Virus record (IMG/VR): IMGVR_UViG_3300020154_000003
Location: 62,001 to 126,000 of that record
Length of the DNA: 64,000 nt
Direction: 5' to 3' (one strand)
Shown here one piece after another: positions 1-10,800 of this stretch; within the stretch, counting starts at the first letter, position 1; every line of letters starts with the position of its first letter. The position numbers and the translations under genes were made by a program. The notes beneath the pieces were generated by a model. That model was not told the DNA's origin, made no database searches, and saw only the letters and a program-made list of their open reading frames with translations.

Positions 1-937
1 TCGTCAATTCCTTCTGCGTTGCACCAACTTCACCACTGTAAAAACCTCTAATTCCACCGATTGCCATTTTACATTTAGCAATAAATAAATCTCTAATCTG
101 AACTTTGGCAACACTGTTTAATTTTTCCCATTTAATGATGTCGATGGGAGCATCGCTAGGAAGTTTCACAACATCATTATTGGCTTCCAAGCACTTATCT
201 CTTCCGATATTGTTGGTATTGTAGTAAAAATACCAGACTTTGGTTCCTTCCATCGATTTACTGAAACCGTTGCTGATTTCATTTCTTTCTCCCGGAACAG
301 GATACAAATACAACAGTTTGGTTCCATTAGGGCCACCTGTTACACGGTATGTTAATTCAGACTGAAGAATACGTCTTTTTGTGCCCCTATCCTGCGCTGA
401 AAGCAACAATGAGTATGTGGGCTGTGCGTATTGGGCTGGTCTACCTAAATAACTCCATCCGAAGCTATTGGCGTTCCAATTCGACAATGCGAAAGGATCG
501 ACCAAACCACTGTCTATTTGAGGCGGGGTAGTCCAGAGCACTTCGTTGATCTCTCTATTGGCTGGAATTATGTAAACTTGGGTGTTTGCTGAGATCGTGA
601 CATAATCCCTATGGAGAACCCAAGAATCGCCAGATGGAGCGTTCATTCCAAGGCCAACCTGCTTAGAGTAGGCGTAGGTGAAACTCTCCATAAAGTCCGT
701 AGATTTCGTTGTATAGGCTTCAAAGAAATTGGAGCCATCGACCTGTAAACCTTGCAGGGATACCCACTGCTGCTCTATGAGCCAGTTGTTTACGATCATG
801 CTGTAGTCCTCAACCACCATTTCAAGATAGGAGTCAAGTTGTTCAGTTTTAAGTTCAAAGGGGCGCAATGGATACCCCAATTCGTGTTTAACTTGTTTGT
901 ATAATTTTTCTTTATCTACCTTTGAAATCAGTGACAT
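1..937 (-). CDS. T4 gp13-like neck/head-completion protein (runs off window edge)
   Basis: Not in ORF track; manual translation from ATG 937: MSLISKVDKEKLYKQVKHELGYPLRPFELKTEQLDSYLEMVVEDYS, resembling the gp13 N-terminus (LG.P..veL..eQl). Confidence 0.7.
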   Translation of the reverse strand, partial: MSLISKVDKEKLYKQVKHELGYPLRPFELKTEQLDSYLEMVVEDYSMIVNNWLIEQQWVSLQGLQVDGSNFFEAYTTKSTDFMESFTYAYSKQVGLGMNAPSGDSWVLHRDYVTISANTQVYIIPANREINEVLWTTPPQIDSGLVDPFALSNWNANSFGWSYLGRPAQYAQPTYSLLLSAQDRGTKRRILQSELTYRVTGGPNGTKLLYLYPVPGERNEISNGFSKSMEGTKVWYFYYNTNNIGRDKCLEANNDVVKLPSDAPIDIIKWEKLNSVAKVQIRDLFIAKCKMAIGGIRGFYSGEVGATQKELT

Positions 938-969
938 AATTCGTTATTTTACATAAATACTAAAAAAGT

Positions 970-1446
970 ATGTTTTCATTTGAATATAATATAACTACTA
1001 ATGAGCACGGAAGGCCGATAATTGACATTTCCGATAAAACTTTAAAGGAACTCGATTCTATCGAACATAAATTCATGGCATTAGAGATGAGTCGAACTAT
1101 TATAGAAACTTCTGTTATTGCCAATCAGAAAAAACCAGTACTCAGTGAGGAAGAGTTTAATGAGTTAAAATCAGTATTGTTTGGATTACGTAAGATTTCT
1201 GATATATTTGCGCTCACGATAAAAAATCAAAACGCACTCCTAAACACCGTTTGGGACAACTTCGATGTAGAAGTTAAGACAATGGATGATCTTTATAAGT
1301 TAAATTATAATGGGTTCTTCTATAAAGATAGAATCTTCTCCCGGAAGATAGGTCTGAGAGTCAGAGTTATTGAAAACGGAAACGTGTATGAATTGAAGGA
1401 TGGTATTGATAACCAACATTGGGTAGATGTCACAAAAAAAGAATAA
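970..1446 (+). CDS. hypothetical protein
   Basis: 158 aa ORF, co-oriented with helicase. Confidence 0.7.
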   Translation: MFSFEYNITTNEHGRPIIDISDKTLKELDSIEHKFMALEMSRTIIETSVIANQKKPVLSEEEFNELKSVLFGLRKISDIFALTIKNQNALLNTVWDNFDVEVKTMDDLYKLNYNGFFYKDRIFSRKIGLRVRVIENGNVYELKDGIDNQHWVDVTKKE

Positions 1447-1452
1447 TCTTAA

Positions 1453-2991
1453 ATGAGCGAAGAATTAGCACAACCACAAATAACACATGATTACGATCCT
1501 AGATCAACGGAGGAACAAGTAACAATATACAATTGGGTAGAATATGGTGAAGGTAATTTAGTAATCAGAGCACGGGCTGGTGCTGGTAAAACAACAACAT
1601 TGGTTGAAATCGCAAAGCTATTACCTGCTGATGCTTCAACCACATTTTTAGCATTCAACGTTCACATTAAGGATGAACTTAAGACCAAGCTTCCAAAAAA
1701 CGTATTTTGCTACACCACACACGGCTTAGGATACTCCGCTATCAAGCGAAAATATAAGGATGCTGAGGTTGATAATTTTAAGGCTGATAAGGTCATTGGT
1801 AAGCAAGCTAAAAAGTGGAATCTCGATGGAATCGACAATAAGCTTGATTACATGACCAACATGAAAAAATTGGTCAGCTTAATTCGATTGTCATTAACTC
1901 ATGATAAAAAGTATGTCCCGGACATTTGTGAACGCCATGATATAAAATTTGATGGTGAAGACATTAATCGTGCATTTCAAGTACTGGAAGAAATGTATAA
2001 CGATAAGAAAACCATTGACTATGTTGATATGGTTTACATGCCTTGTGTCGATCCTAAGATATGGTTATTCCCGCAAGATTATGTACTGGTTGATGAAGCA
2101 CAAGATTTATCTCGTGCTCAACATGAACTAATCAAGAAGTGCGTAAAGAAAAATAAGGCAGGTCAGTTTATCGGTAGAATGATTTATGTGGGTGATGACA
2201 TGCAAGCTATCTACGGATTTGCTGGTGCTGATTCTTACTCATTCAACAGTCTAACCAAGATACCTAACACAATAGTACTTCCTCTCACAACTAGTTTTAG
2301 GTGTGCTAAGAACGTTATTCTGGAAGCCAATAAATTGGTTGCAGACATTAAAGCTTTACCTGATGCACCCGATGGTATTGTACGTAAGGGTAGCGTACTT
2401 ATGGAAGTTAAGGATGGTGATTTTGTCTTGTCAAGAAAGACATTTCCGTTGGTAAAATTATTCTTTGAACTTCTCGTTGAAGATCGAAAGGCGTATATTA
2501 AAGGAAGTGATATTGGAGCATCATTAATCGAGTTTACTGAAAACCACAACACGCCCTCACAGTTGGATGCTTCGCTAACGAATAAATTGGCTGAATACCG
2601 AGAAAATTTAAGAGCACATGGAGTCCTTAATTATCAAGAAGATACTCGATACGTTGCTTTAAACGATAAAGTAAAAATATTGAGATTCCTAATGGGTATG
2701 GTCGATAATGTCGCGGCCTTAAAACAAAGAATCAACTATATCTTCAAAGAAACCAGTAATGAGGGTATTGTTCTGAGTACTGTCCATAAAGCAAAGGGTC
2801 TTGAGGCAGATAAAGTGTTTATTATCATGCCTAAAGATTTACCTTTAAGAACTGGAATACCTCAACAGTACGTACAGGAATTAAATTTGAAGTACATCGC
2901 AATTACACGGGCCAAGTATGAACTTGTCTTTGATGAAGATTGGACAGTTGATGACGGTACGTTTGAAGAATTTACATTAGATCACGAATAA
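1453..2991 (+). CDS. UvrD/Rep-like SF1 helicase
   Basis: ARAGAGKTT Walker A, VDEAQD, VGDDMQAIYGFAGA, STVHKAKGLE, YIAITRAK motifs. Confidence 0.92.
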   Translation: MSEELAQPQITHDYDPRSTEEQVTIYNWVEYGEGNLVIRARAGAGKTTTLVEIAKLLPADASTTFLAFNVHIKDELKTKLPKNVFCYTTHGLGYSAIKRKYKDAEVDNFKADKVIGKQAKKWNLDGIDNKLDYMTNMKKLVSLIRLSLTHDKKYVPDICERHDIKFDGEDINRAFQVLEEMYNDKKTIDYVDMVYMPCVDPKIWLFPQDYVLVDEAQDLSRAQHELIKKCVKKNKAGQFIGRMIYVGDDMQAIYGFAGADSYSFNSLTKIPNTIVLPLTTSFRCAKNVILEANKLVADIKALPDAPDGIVRKGSVLMEVKDGDFVLSRKTFPLVKLFFELLVEDRKAYIKGSDIGASLIEFTENHNTPSQLDASLTNKLAEYRENLRAHGVLNYQEDTRYVALNDKVKILRFLMGMVDNVAALKQRINYIFKETSNEGIVLSTVHKAKGLEADKVFIIMPKDLPLRTGIPQQYVQELNLKYIAITRAKYELVFDEDWTVDDGTFEEFTLDHE

Positions 2992-3277
2992 TTCTATTCA
3001 AAGAATCTCGTTTCGCAGCACACTTATTCATTTCATTTTTATAATGAACAATAATACTATCCTGTGCCTTAATTGTTTCATTACTCACAATTAATGAATT
3101 CGTTAAGGCATCGTTTAGTTTTTTTACTTCTCTATACTGCTCGTCATTAGATTTTAAACTAACCTCAAGATTCGAACTATTGTTGAAAAACACTAACGAA
3201 CCGACACTCACAAGAAATACAATGATCGTTATGAACCCAATTATTCCAATATTATTGATTTTCCACTTCAACATCAC
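2972..3277 (-). CDS. small membrane-anchored coiled-coil protein (possibly lysis-related)
   Basis: N-terminal TM helix followed by coiled coil. Confidence 0.5.
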   Translation of the reverse strand: MMLKWKINNIGIIGFITIIVFLVSVGSLVFFNNSSNLEVSLKSNDEQYREVKKLNDALTNSLIVSNETIKAQDSIIVHYKNEMNKCAAKRDSLNRIIRDLM

Positions 3278-3561
3278 TTCGATATATTTAATTTAGTATA
3301 AATTTCTTGGATTTCAATTCTTAATTGCTCTTCAGATTTGATTCTTTCCTTAATGTCTTCGATTCTTTCCTTCTTCATTTGATTGATTTTAATCCATAAT
3401 TTAACAATGACTGCTGCCATAATTAAAATCACTAAGCAAAGAATCCCAAGTATTGCATTATTTTGTTTTAAACTATTAATAGCATGGTCAGTATTTACTG
3501 GATTTGCTTGAGTCAAGACGTAAGTGTAAAGAAATACTGAACTTAAGTATAATAGTTTCAT
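3274..3561 (-). CDS. small membrane protein (holin-like candidate)
   Basis: TM segment plus charged C-terminus; late motif at 3578-3586. Confidence 0.45.
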   Translation of the reverse strand: MKLLYLSSVFLYTYVLTQANPVNTDHAINSLKQNNAILGILCLVILIMAAVIVKLWIKINQMKKERIEDIKERIKSEEQLRIEIQEIYTKLNISK

Positions 3562-3616
3562 GGTTTATCGTTTCACCTATAAATACTTTTTTGCAGTTTG
3601 AAAAATTTTATCGAAC

Positions 3617-3648
3617 AAAAAAAAGGGTAAGATTTCTCTTACCCTTTT
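3617..3648 (-). terminator. intrinsic terminator after major capsid gene
   Basis: AAAAGGGTAAGA/TCTTACCCTTTT hairpin with A/T tracts. Confidence 0.8.
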
Positions 3649-3669
3649 GTATTTTTTCTTACTCAATTA

Positions 3670-5340
3670 TTAGTTAAGTAAACCGATTCCGAATGTTTCC
3701 AAGCCATCGCACAACACTTTACCGAAGTAACGGTTGATGATGAACTTCTTAGCGTAACGGGTCATGATACCACGGATAGGCTTGAAGTCGAATGGATTAT
3801 ACATCACAGGAGTCAATTGCATAGGCACGTAAGGTGCGTAGATGTAACCAGACTCAAGGATTGATGAACCTTTGTGACCAACCAACAAAGTGTTAGCAGG
3901 AGCGTAAGGATCACGGAATACTTGGTATCTTCCTTGGAGTGAACCAATTTTCTCGATACCCATGTTATACTTATCCTGTTCAGGAGCAGCGTTAGATACG
4001 TGGAAGTACTCCAAGTTATCAAATACGGCACTGATTTCAGGAGATACTACAACCCAAGTTGCGCCACCTCTAAGAGTTGACTTATGGATTTGTGCAGAAA
4101 TCTGGTTGATCTTAGTGATCAAAGTTTGGTTCCAGTCTTTCTGAGTACCATGATAGGTGTTAGATTGCTTTCTCAAGCCATTGTAATCCCATCTTGTAAC
4201 CCAAGCTGCACCTCTTCTAAGGTCTCTAAGGATTTCACGGTCAACTTCAGCAGCCATCTGTTCTGACAACAATGCTGTCAATTCAGCTTCTGCATCAATG
4301 TTATGGAATGCACTTACGTCTTGCGCAAGTTCAGGAGTCCACTGTGCTCTCATCTTACGAGTCTCAACTGATACAGTTACTTCATCAAGACCGAAAGTTA
4401 CTTCAGCCATTTCTGAATCTTCTTCAAGATCAGAGTAAACTCTGTAAGAGTATACGAATCTAGTTGCACCACCAGTTGCAGCAGTAAGTGCTTGGTAACC
4501 GTTAGTACCTGCGTAAGTTAAGTCGATGATAACAACCAAGTTTCCAGAAGAATCAACGATTTGCTGACCATATTTCTGAACCTTTACGTTGAAAGGAATT
4601 GCAGCACCAGCAGCCAATGAAGCGTCTGAGTAACCTGCACCAGCGTTAAACGCCTTGTTTGAAGTGATTTGCAATGAAGCCAAGAAGCTTTCAGTGTCCA
4701 TAGGAACACCTTGAGGGCCAACAAGCTTACCTGCAGAAGTAGTTGAGAAACCACCGATTGTTGCAGTTACGTAAGTAGCACCAGTTGCATAAGCAGGAGA
4801 TACTGATGTGTTACCAGTTACGGTTACATATCTACCTTTGCTTCTATCGAACAATGATGAACCTTCGTTACCATATTCAGTTGCATAGAATGCATCGTAC
4901 AATGAAGTTGTTTCAAACTGAGTACCAGAGAAACCAGTAGCTGCAGCGTTTGAGTAAGCACCATCAGGTGAAGTGTGCTTCTGGTTAGGGCCAGCAGTTT
5001 GTCTAGTTGAAATCTTAGGGTTCATGTAGTACAACTTACCGATAGGCAAGTTCAATGCTTGAACTGATACGATTTCGTTAGCCAAAAGCTTTGCGAAAAC
5101 TCTTCTAATTACAGGGAATGCAACTGTTTCGAATGCACCGCTAGATGCTGAATCAGTAGATTCGTTGATCATATAAGACAACTGGTTCTCAAACAATTGA
5201 GCGCAGTTTTCTCTAATGTTACCTTCAAGACCTTTCAACAAACCGATTTTGTCCCATCTGTTTGTGATAAGTTCTCTTTGTTCACGAAGTTGTTTCAAAC
5301 CAATGTTACCAACTTCTTTACTTTCTGTTAAAAATCCCAT
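3670..5340 (-). CDS. major capsid protein, T4 gp23 family
   Basis: TRKMRAQWTPELAQDVSAFHNIDAEAELTALLSEQMAAEVDREI and GYIYAPYVP...GIMTRYA gp23 motifs. Confidence 0.97.
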   Translation of the reverse strand: MGFLTESKEVGNIGLKQLREQRELITNRWDKIGLLKGLEGNIRENCAQLFENQLSYMINESTDSASSGAFETVAFPVIRRVFAKLLANEIVSVQALNLPIGKLYYMNPKISTRQTAGPNQKHTSPDGAYSNAAATGFSGTQFETTSLYDAFYATEYGNEGSSLFDRSKGRYVTVTGNTSVSPAYATGATYVTATIGGFSTTSAGKLVGPQGVPMDTESFLASLQITSNKAFNAGAGYSDASLAAGAAIPFNVKVQKYGQQIVDSSGNLVVIIDLTYAGTNGYQALTAATGGATRFVYSYRVYSDLEEDSEMAEVTFGLDEVTVSVETRKMRAQWTPELAQDVSAFHNIDAEAELTALLSEQMAAEVDREILRDLRRGAAWVTRWDYNGLRKQSNTYHGTQKDWNQTLITKINQISAQIHKSTLRGGATWVVVSPEISAVFDNLEYFHVSNAAPEQDKYNMGIEKIGSLQGRYQVFRDPYAPANTLLVGHKGSSILESGYIYAPYVPMQLTPVMYNPFDFKPIRGIMTRYAKKFIINRYFGKVLCDGLETFGIGLLN

Positions 5341-5409
5341 GATTTTTTAAATATTTACTTTGTTTTTTATTTTATTTTATTCTTCCTAATTCAGTAATCT
5401 TTCTCTCGA

Positions 5410-6903
5410 TTACATGAGTGATTTTTTTTGTGTTATACCAGACAATCTCAATATCTTGTTTACTTGCTCATCTCCACCGCCCATTGATTCCTCAATCACG
5501 TTTTTAGAAGATGATTCAACAATAGTTGAAGCTATCTTGTTTTCGAGTGATTCAGTAAGAGTTTCTTTCTTCGTTTCTGCGTACTCCTTAAGAGTCTCTT
5601 TGTAAACTTTTTCAGATTCGTTGATTGAACCTACTTTCTTAAACTTCTCGATGATGTTTTTCTTATCGTCTTGTGAAAGTGCGAAACTCTCATTAACCAA
5701 CAAGTTATTTACATATGAAATGTTTGTGTTCAATACCGCCATTTCTTTCAATTGGTCTCTGTATTTTTCAAGAGCACCTTTGTAGTTTTCGTTCAAAGAA
5801 GTTACAGCATTTGCTTTCTTAGTTGCTTCAGTCAAAGAAGATTTAGCTTCCGCTAATTCAGCCTTAGCTGTATTCAACTGTTTCATCAAATTCATATTTT
5901 CCTTAAGCATGGCAGACATCTTTTTTTCGATAGACTCTTTTTGGAGAGCCAATCTTACTTTGTTTTCTGCATAACCTTTTCCATTGTCAAGGCTAGGTTG
6001 TGATTCTTGTCCAACAAGTTTATTGTGAGACAATGACACTCCGTGTCCTTCGTCAACTGGCTTTTCAGCAGCTTCAGCAGCAGGTGCTACTTCTTCTTGT
6101 ACCGGAGCCGCAGCAGGCTTTGAAGCACCACCTTTGGTTTTCTTGTACATGTCGAAAAGTTCGTTTACTTTAGATTCCTCCATTTGAGCCTTATATGTTT
6201 CACCATACATCTCAGACATTTTAGAATGGAATTCTTCCATCAATTGTTGATTTTCGTTCATTTCATCAATTTCTTTAAGATATTTACCCATTTCTTCATG
6301 TATTTGCTTAAATCTGTCAATGGGGTTATTGCTTGGTTGTTGTACTACAGCCTGTTGTTGAGGCTGTGCAGCAGCTTGTTGTGCTTGCATTTGTTCAGCT
6401 TGGTTGATTTCCTTCATCATTTCATCAATTTCACCTTCAATTGAAGTGAGATCAAAATTGTCCTCACCACCACTTGCAGGTAATTGCTGTTGATCTGCAG
6501 CACCGAGAACGGGAGCCTGCTGACTAGCATCGTCTCTCACTACTTGAAACTCATCTTCTGGTTGTGCGCTGTCGAACGCTGCCTCTACTTCAGCCAATGA
6601 AGCTTCCTTCATGTTGATCGTATTTGGTGCGCTAACCCCCACTACCTCTTGCGTTTCGCCAATTGGTTTTTGTACCATTGTTGACTCTTTAATATTGTCT
6701 TTTTTAGACTCTTTACCTTCTGCCATTACTGGCTCACTTGTATTAACGTTTTCTTGTAAAAATTTCTGGATCAAACTGTCAAGTTCAGCCTTGTTGTTTT
6801 CAACAAGTTTGCTCTTAGCAGCCTTTAGTACTTGCTCATATTCTAAAAGGGCTTCTTTTAAAACTGATTCATTTTTGAAATTTTCTTTGTTATTATCTTT
6901 CAT
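5410..6903 (-). CDS. prohead core/scaffold protein (gp22-like)
   Basis: Acidic coiled-coil, between protease and capsid genes, many [ILV]xE sites. Confidence 0.7.
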   Translation of the reverse strand: MKDNNKENFKNESVLKEALLEYEQVLKAAKSKLVENNKAELDSLIQKFLQENVNTSEPVMAEGKESKKDNIKESTMVQKPIGETQEVVGVSAPNTINMKEASLAEVEAAFDSAQPEDEFQVVRDDASQQAPVLGAADQQQLPASGGEDNFDLTSIEGEIDEMMKEINQAEQMQAQQAAAQPQQQAVVQQPSNNPIDRFKQIHEEMGKYLKEIDEMNENQQLMEEFHSKMSEMYGETYKAQMEESKVNELFDMYKKTKGGASKPAAAPVQEEVAPAAEAAEKPVDEGHGVSLSHNKLVGQESQPSLDNGKGYAENKVRLALQKESIEKKMSAMLKENMNLMKQLNTAKAELAEAKSSLTEATKKANAVTSLNENYKGALEKYRDQLKEMAVLNTNISYVNNLLVNESFALSQDDKKNIIEKFKKVGSINESEKVYKETLKEYAETKKETLTESLENKIASTIVESSSKNVIEESMGGGDEQVNKILRLSGITQKKSLM

Positions 6904-6994
6904 ACTAAAGAATGTCTTCTAAATAATTTTATTAATAAATACAGATGTTTTTACGAAAAGTGTTGCTTTTTATACTTTTTTGTAAAAAAATCCT

Positions 6995-7729
6995 TTATAA
7001 CAAGAATTTATTGATGCTTGTTATGATTTTTTTATGTTTATCGTTTTCATTGATGACATTTTCCCCTTTTACAGTGCCTTCAGTGAAACTCTTAGAAATC
7101 TCAGGAAATAGGTACGCTCCCGGAGTACTAGGTGAATGAACTAAGTCAAAACAGATAAGTTCAAAATCATCCTGTACGATGTTTTGGCCTCTAACTTCTT
7201 TTAGACTACCAACACCTCGACTTGAAATACCTAATCTAATCCCTCTCTTTAAATACTCAACAATTTTATCTCCGATCATACAAACAAACCCATCTCTCAT
7301 ATAAGCAGGAGATGTGATTATTTCTAGTGTGCCATAAAGAATGTGTTTATCTTCACCTTCTCCCCACCACATTTTAGTAATTCTGTGAGATACGTTTAAC
7401 AATGAAACTACTGAAGATTCAGGGTGATCAGCTTCACTTATAGCAGAATTCATATTTACTTGTTCCATGTACCTTTGTACTTCAGGAACTAAAACTTCTG
7501 CTGGATAAATTCTACCGTTCTTATTTTTTACACCCCATTTCTGAAGAATGCAATTTATAAGTACTGGTTGATTAGGTTTAATTTGAAAGTTCTCATTCAC
7601 CATTCTGTCAAACAAGTCCTTATTCATCATCTTGTCTACATACCCTGCATCCTCTTCAATGAGTAAACCAAAACCAGTTTCATTTGGCGATAATATTTTA
7701 CTTTCTCTAATTCTCAGTGAGTTCTTCAT
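6995..7729 (-). CDS. prohead protease, T4 gp21 family
   Basis: NKNGRIYP, EADHP, GISSRGVGS, FDLVHSPSTPGA motifs. Confidence 0.95.
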   Translation of the reverse strand: MKNSLRIRESKILSPNETGFGLLIEEDAGYVDKMMNKDLFDRMVNENFQIKPNQPVLINCILQKWGVKNKNGRIYPAEVLVPEVQRYMEQVNMNSAISEADHPESSVVSLLNVSHRITKMWWGEGEDKHILYGTLEIITSPAYMRDGFVCMIGDKIVEYLKRGIRLGISSRGVGSLKEVRGQNIVQDDFELICFDLVHSPSTPGAYLFPEISKSFTEGTVKGENVINENDKHKKIITSINKFLL

Positions 7730-7820
7730 TATTGTTAGAAACTTTTTGTTATAAATACTTGAGTTCTATGAATAAATAGTTTAAAAACCCTAGATTTACT
7801 ATTTATTGGAAAGAATAATC

Positions 7821-10800
7821 ATGGCAGCATCGGATAACATTATAGACCCAAATGAAATTATAACCTCTGACTCGTTTAATAAATTGGGGCTTAACGGTAT
7901 GCCAGATCATTCCAAAATGTATTTGTTCGTAGAATTAACCGCAAAAAGAAGAGGTGGCAGTATTTTAGTGACTGATGGAGTGGGATCATCTTCAAAAAGA
8001 ATATTGAAAGATGAAAATGATGCAATAAGTATCAATATGATGGGGTTCGATCAGAACACTAAAAATTACACTACAAGATGGAGCAAGAATTCTGATAATA
8101 ATGAAACAAATTTTGAAGGTTTTGGGATCACGGAAATAAATATCAACACAACCAGTAGTTATGTTCCAGTGGTTGATATTGAATTCGTTGACATTAGAGG
8201 TTCATCTTTATTTACTTTCGGTTCAAAATCCCCGTATTCAGTACTATTCAGCTTTCCACCGCCAGTATTTACCTTAACTGTTAAGGGTTATTACGGTAAG
8301 GCTTTAACCTATAATTTACATCTGGTACGCCAATCAAGTAGATTCGATGCTGCGTCAGGAAATTATTACATATCAGCCAATTTTGTTGCTCAAAAGTTTG
8401 CACCATTAACGGATGTCCTTTTCAAGTATATTGACGTTGTGCCTTTGATTAATGACACTTCTGGAGGTTCTGGTTTAAATGGCGTTGATTTTGATTTTAG
8501 CCAACCACCCAAAAATACTAGAGAACTTATCGTAAGAGCACAAAAACTATATGACGATCTTGAGAAGTTTAAAGCCAATTCTCAATTGGCAAATGATGCA
8601 GATAAATTCAGATCGGATTTTAACACCTCCCAATCACTTCTCTCGACCATAAACAATTTCAAAGCAAAGCTTGATCTTAACCTTCAAAATTTGAGTGATC
8701 TATATGTCATGGAAGTACCTAAGGATAATCCAAATGATGGTGGTGGTAATTTAAATAATGTTATCACTGAAAGATTTACTCCAATCACTTTACAGGAGTA
8801 TAATAATTTAATTAGGGTAGAGTCCCCTAATTTTCAGTCATCAAATATCAGTAGTAGATTATATATTTCTACAAAATTTGCAAATGCAGATACAACAACT
8901 GTGACTGGAACTACTGCATCGATCACAAAAAGAATAAAAAGTAACTTGCTCCAGTTGAAATTAACTATGTTAGGTGAGGCAAGTAGAGTTAACGCGAACA
9001 TTAAACCTAAAAGTAACGACATCAGAGACCCAAAAGAATTTATGGGGTCTGACGATAGATATTTTGGTATTGATATTACTGATTACTACATCAAAATCTT
9101 TCAAGATATTGAAACTAAAAGAAATCAGTTTCAAGCAAAACAAACTGAATTTAAAGATAAGGTTAATGATATTTCAGTAAGTGCATTAGGTAAAACTCCG
9201 ACAATTAAATTTATATTCGACATCCTATGTAATGATGTTGATAAGTTTTTTAATAAGCTTAAGGACGTAGATTACCTTTCCGAAATACATCACCAAAAAT
9301 ACTTTAGTCAAATCGTAACAAATAACGAATCCAAGAAAAATAAAATATCGCCTTTTCCATTAATTAAAAAGAAAACTGTTATCTCGAATTTGAATGATAG
9401 TACAACAGGTAGCATTGAGCGTGAAGAACGTGCTTATCCTCAAGAAGTGTTTAAGGATATTGAAACATTCCCTGAAGTACAGTTTGTTGAAAGCTTTATC
9501 ACTACGTTTTTGGATATTATTAAAAGCGATGAAATTCTTGACCTTAAAGAAGGAACTGACGAACAAGGTAATAATAAGTGGATACCTATCAACCCATTGG
9601 ACTCAGTTGTTAATGGTCGAATTAGTGCAATAACCCCGTATTTCGGTAAACTAAATCCAATACCTGAATTAATTACTGAGTTATTAACTAGATATTATGT
9701 GGTGACGCAATTTAGTTATGGTGAATTATTTTATCATAAGGATGGAAATATTATTACTGAATTTTTCGGTGTTGAAAGCAAACAAAATGATCTCATCTCA
9801 TTTTTAGCTAAAGCTGAGGCTGCTAATATCATAAATTCTATTGTTGATAGTAATCTTCTCAATGGACTTTCTGCACAAGCGACTCAGTGGAAATCAAATA
9901 TTCAAACTTTCTACGATTCTCTTTCTAATAACGTATCAACCTATAATACGATTCCAACTCATGGAACTGCGGGAGTTACATATTTAGAATTGAATGGCCA
10001 ACCAATTGTAAAGGATCGAACAAATTTTCTATATAAAGGATTTGAATTGTTGACTGGCGGTAAGCCAGACTTAAGGAATCCTTCTGACGATGGTAGTAAT
10101 ACAGGTGAGTTGAATGTTGTGGATAAATTTTTGGACAGATTCGCGAATAGTAGAGTTAGAAACTTTTTATTTGAAAATTTTGAATTTGAAGACTTCACTA
10201 AACAAAACATCATTTATGTTAAGGATGAGGCAAGCAGCGATAGTGGCGGGAATGATAGTGATTTTATAAAAAATGGTACAGTTCTCGACTCTGATTTATT
10301 CAGTTTCAATAGAAACGTAGATAAAACTATTTCAAACATTTATGCAGCAACATTAAGTAAAGCTGATAGCACCTTATTAACTATATTGAACGATCCTGAT
10401 ATTACAAACACAGTCAAAACTATGGTGTTTGTGTCAATGTTCGGTAGAACTCTCTCTTATTTTGATAAGGCAGTAAATAAGAAATTTGCATTCCCATCAG
10501 TAATCGAGGCTCCGAAATTTGCACATTTATACATGGGAGGTTTGGCATATTTCTACAAAGACCCAACAACCTTAATTAATGATGAAATTGACACATACAA
10601 TAATAAGTATGCAAGTTTCTTGCGTTTTGATAAGAATCTTGAAAGTGCAATACAAGTACAAAACATATCATCAATCGATGCTGAGGAATTGAAAACATAC
10701 TTCGAATCTTTTGCATCAGACACCACCTCAACTGGCTACATAACATTTGAAAACAGTGTAATTGCGTTGATCGAGGAAGTTCAAGCCCTTGGAATTAGCG

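Noticed and set aside
349-531. Plus-strand 60-aa ORF and similar short antisense ORFs inside structural genes
   Set aside because: Shadow frames of real opposite-strand genes
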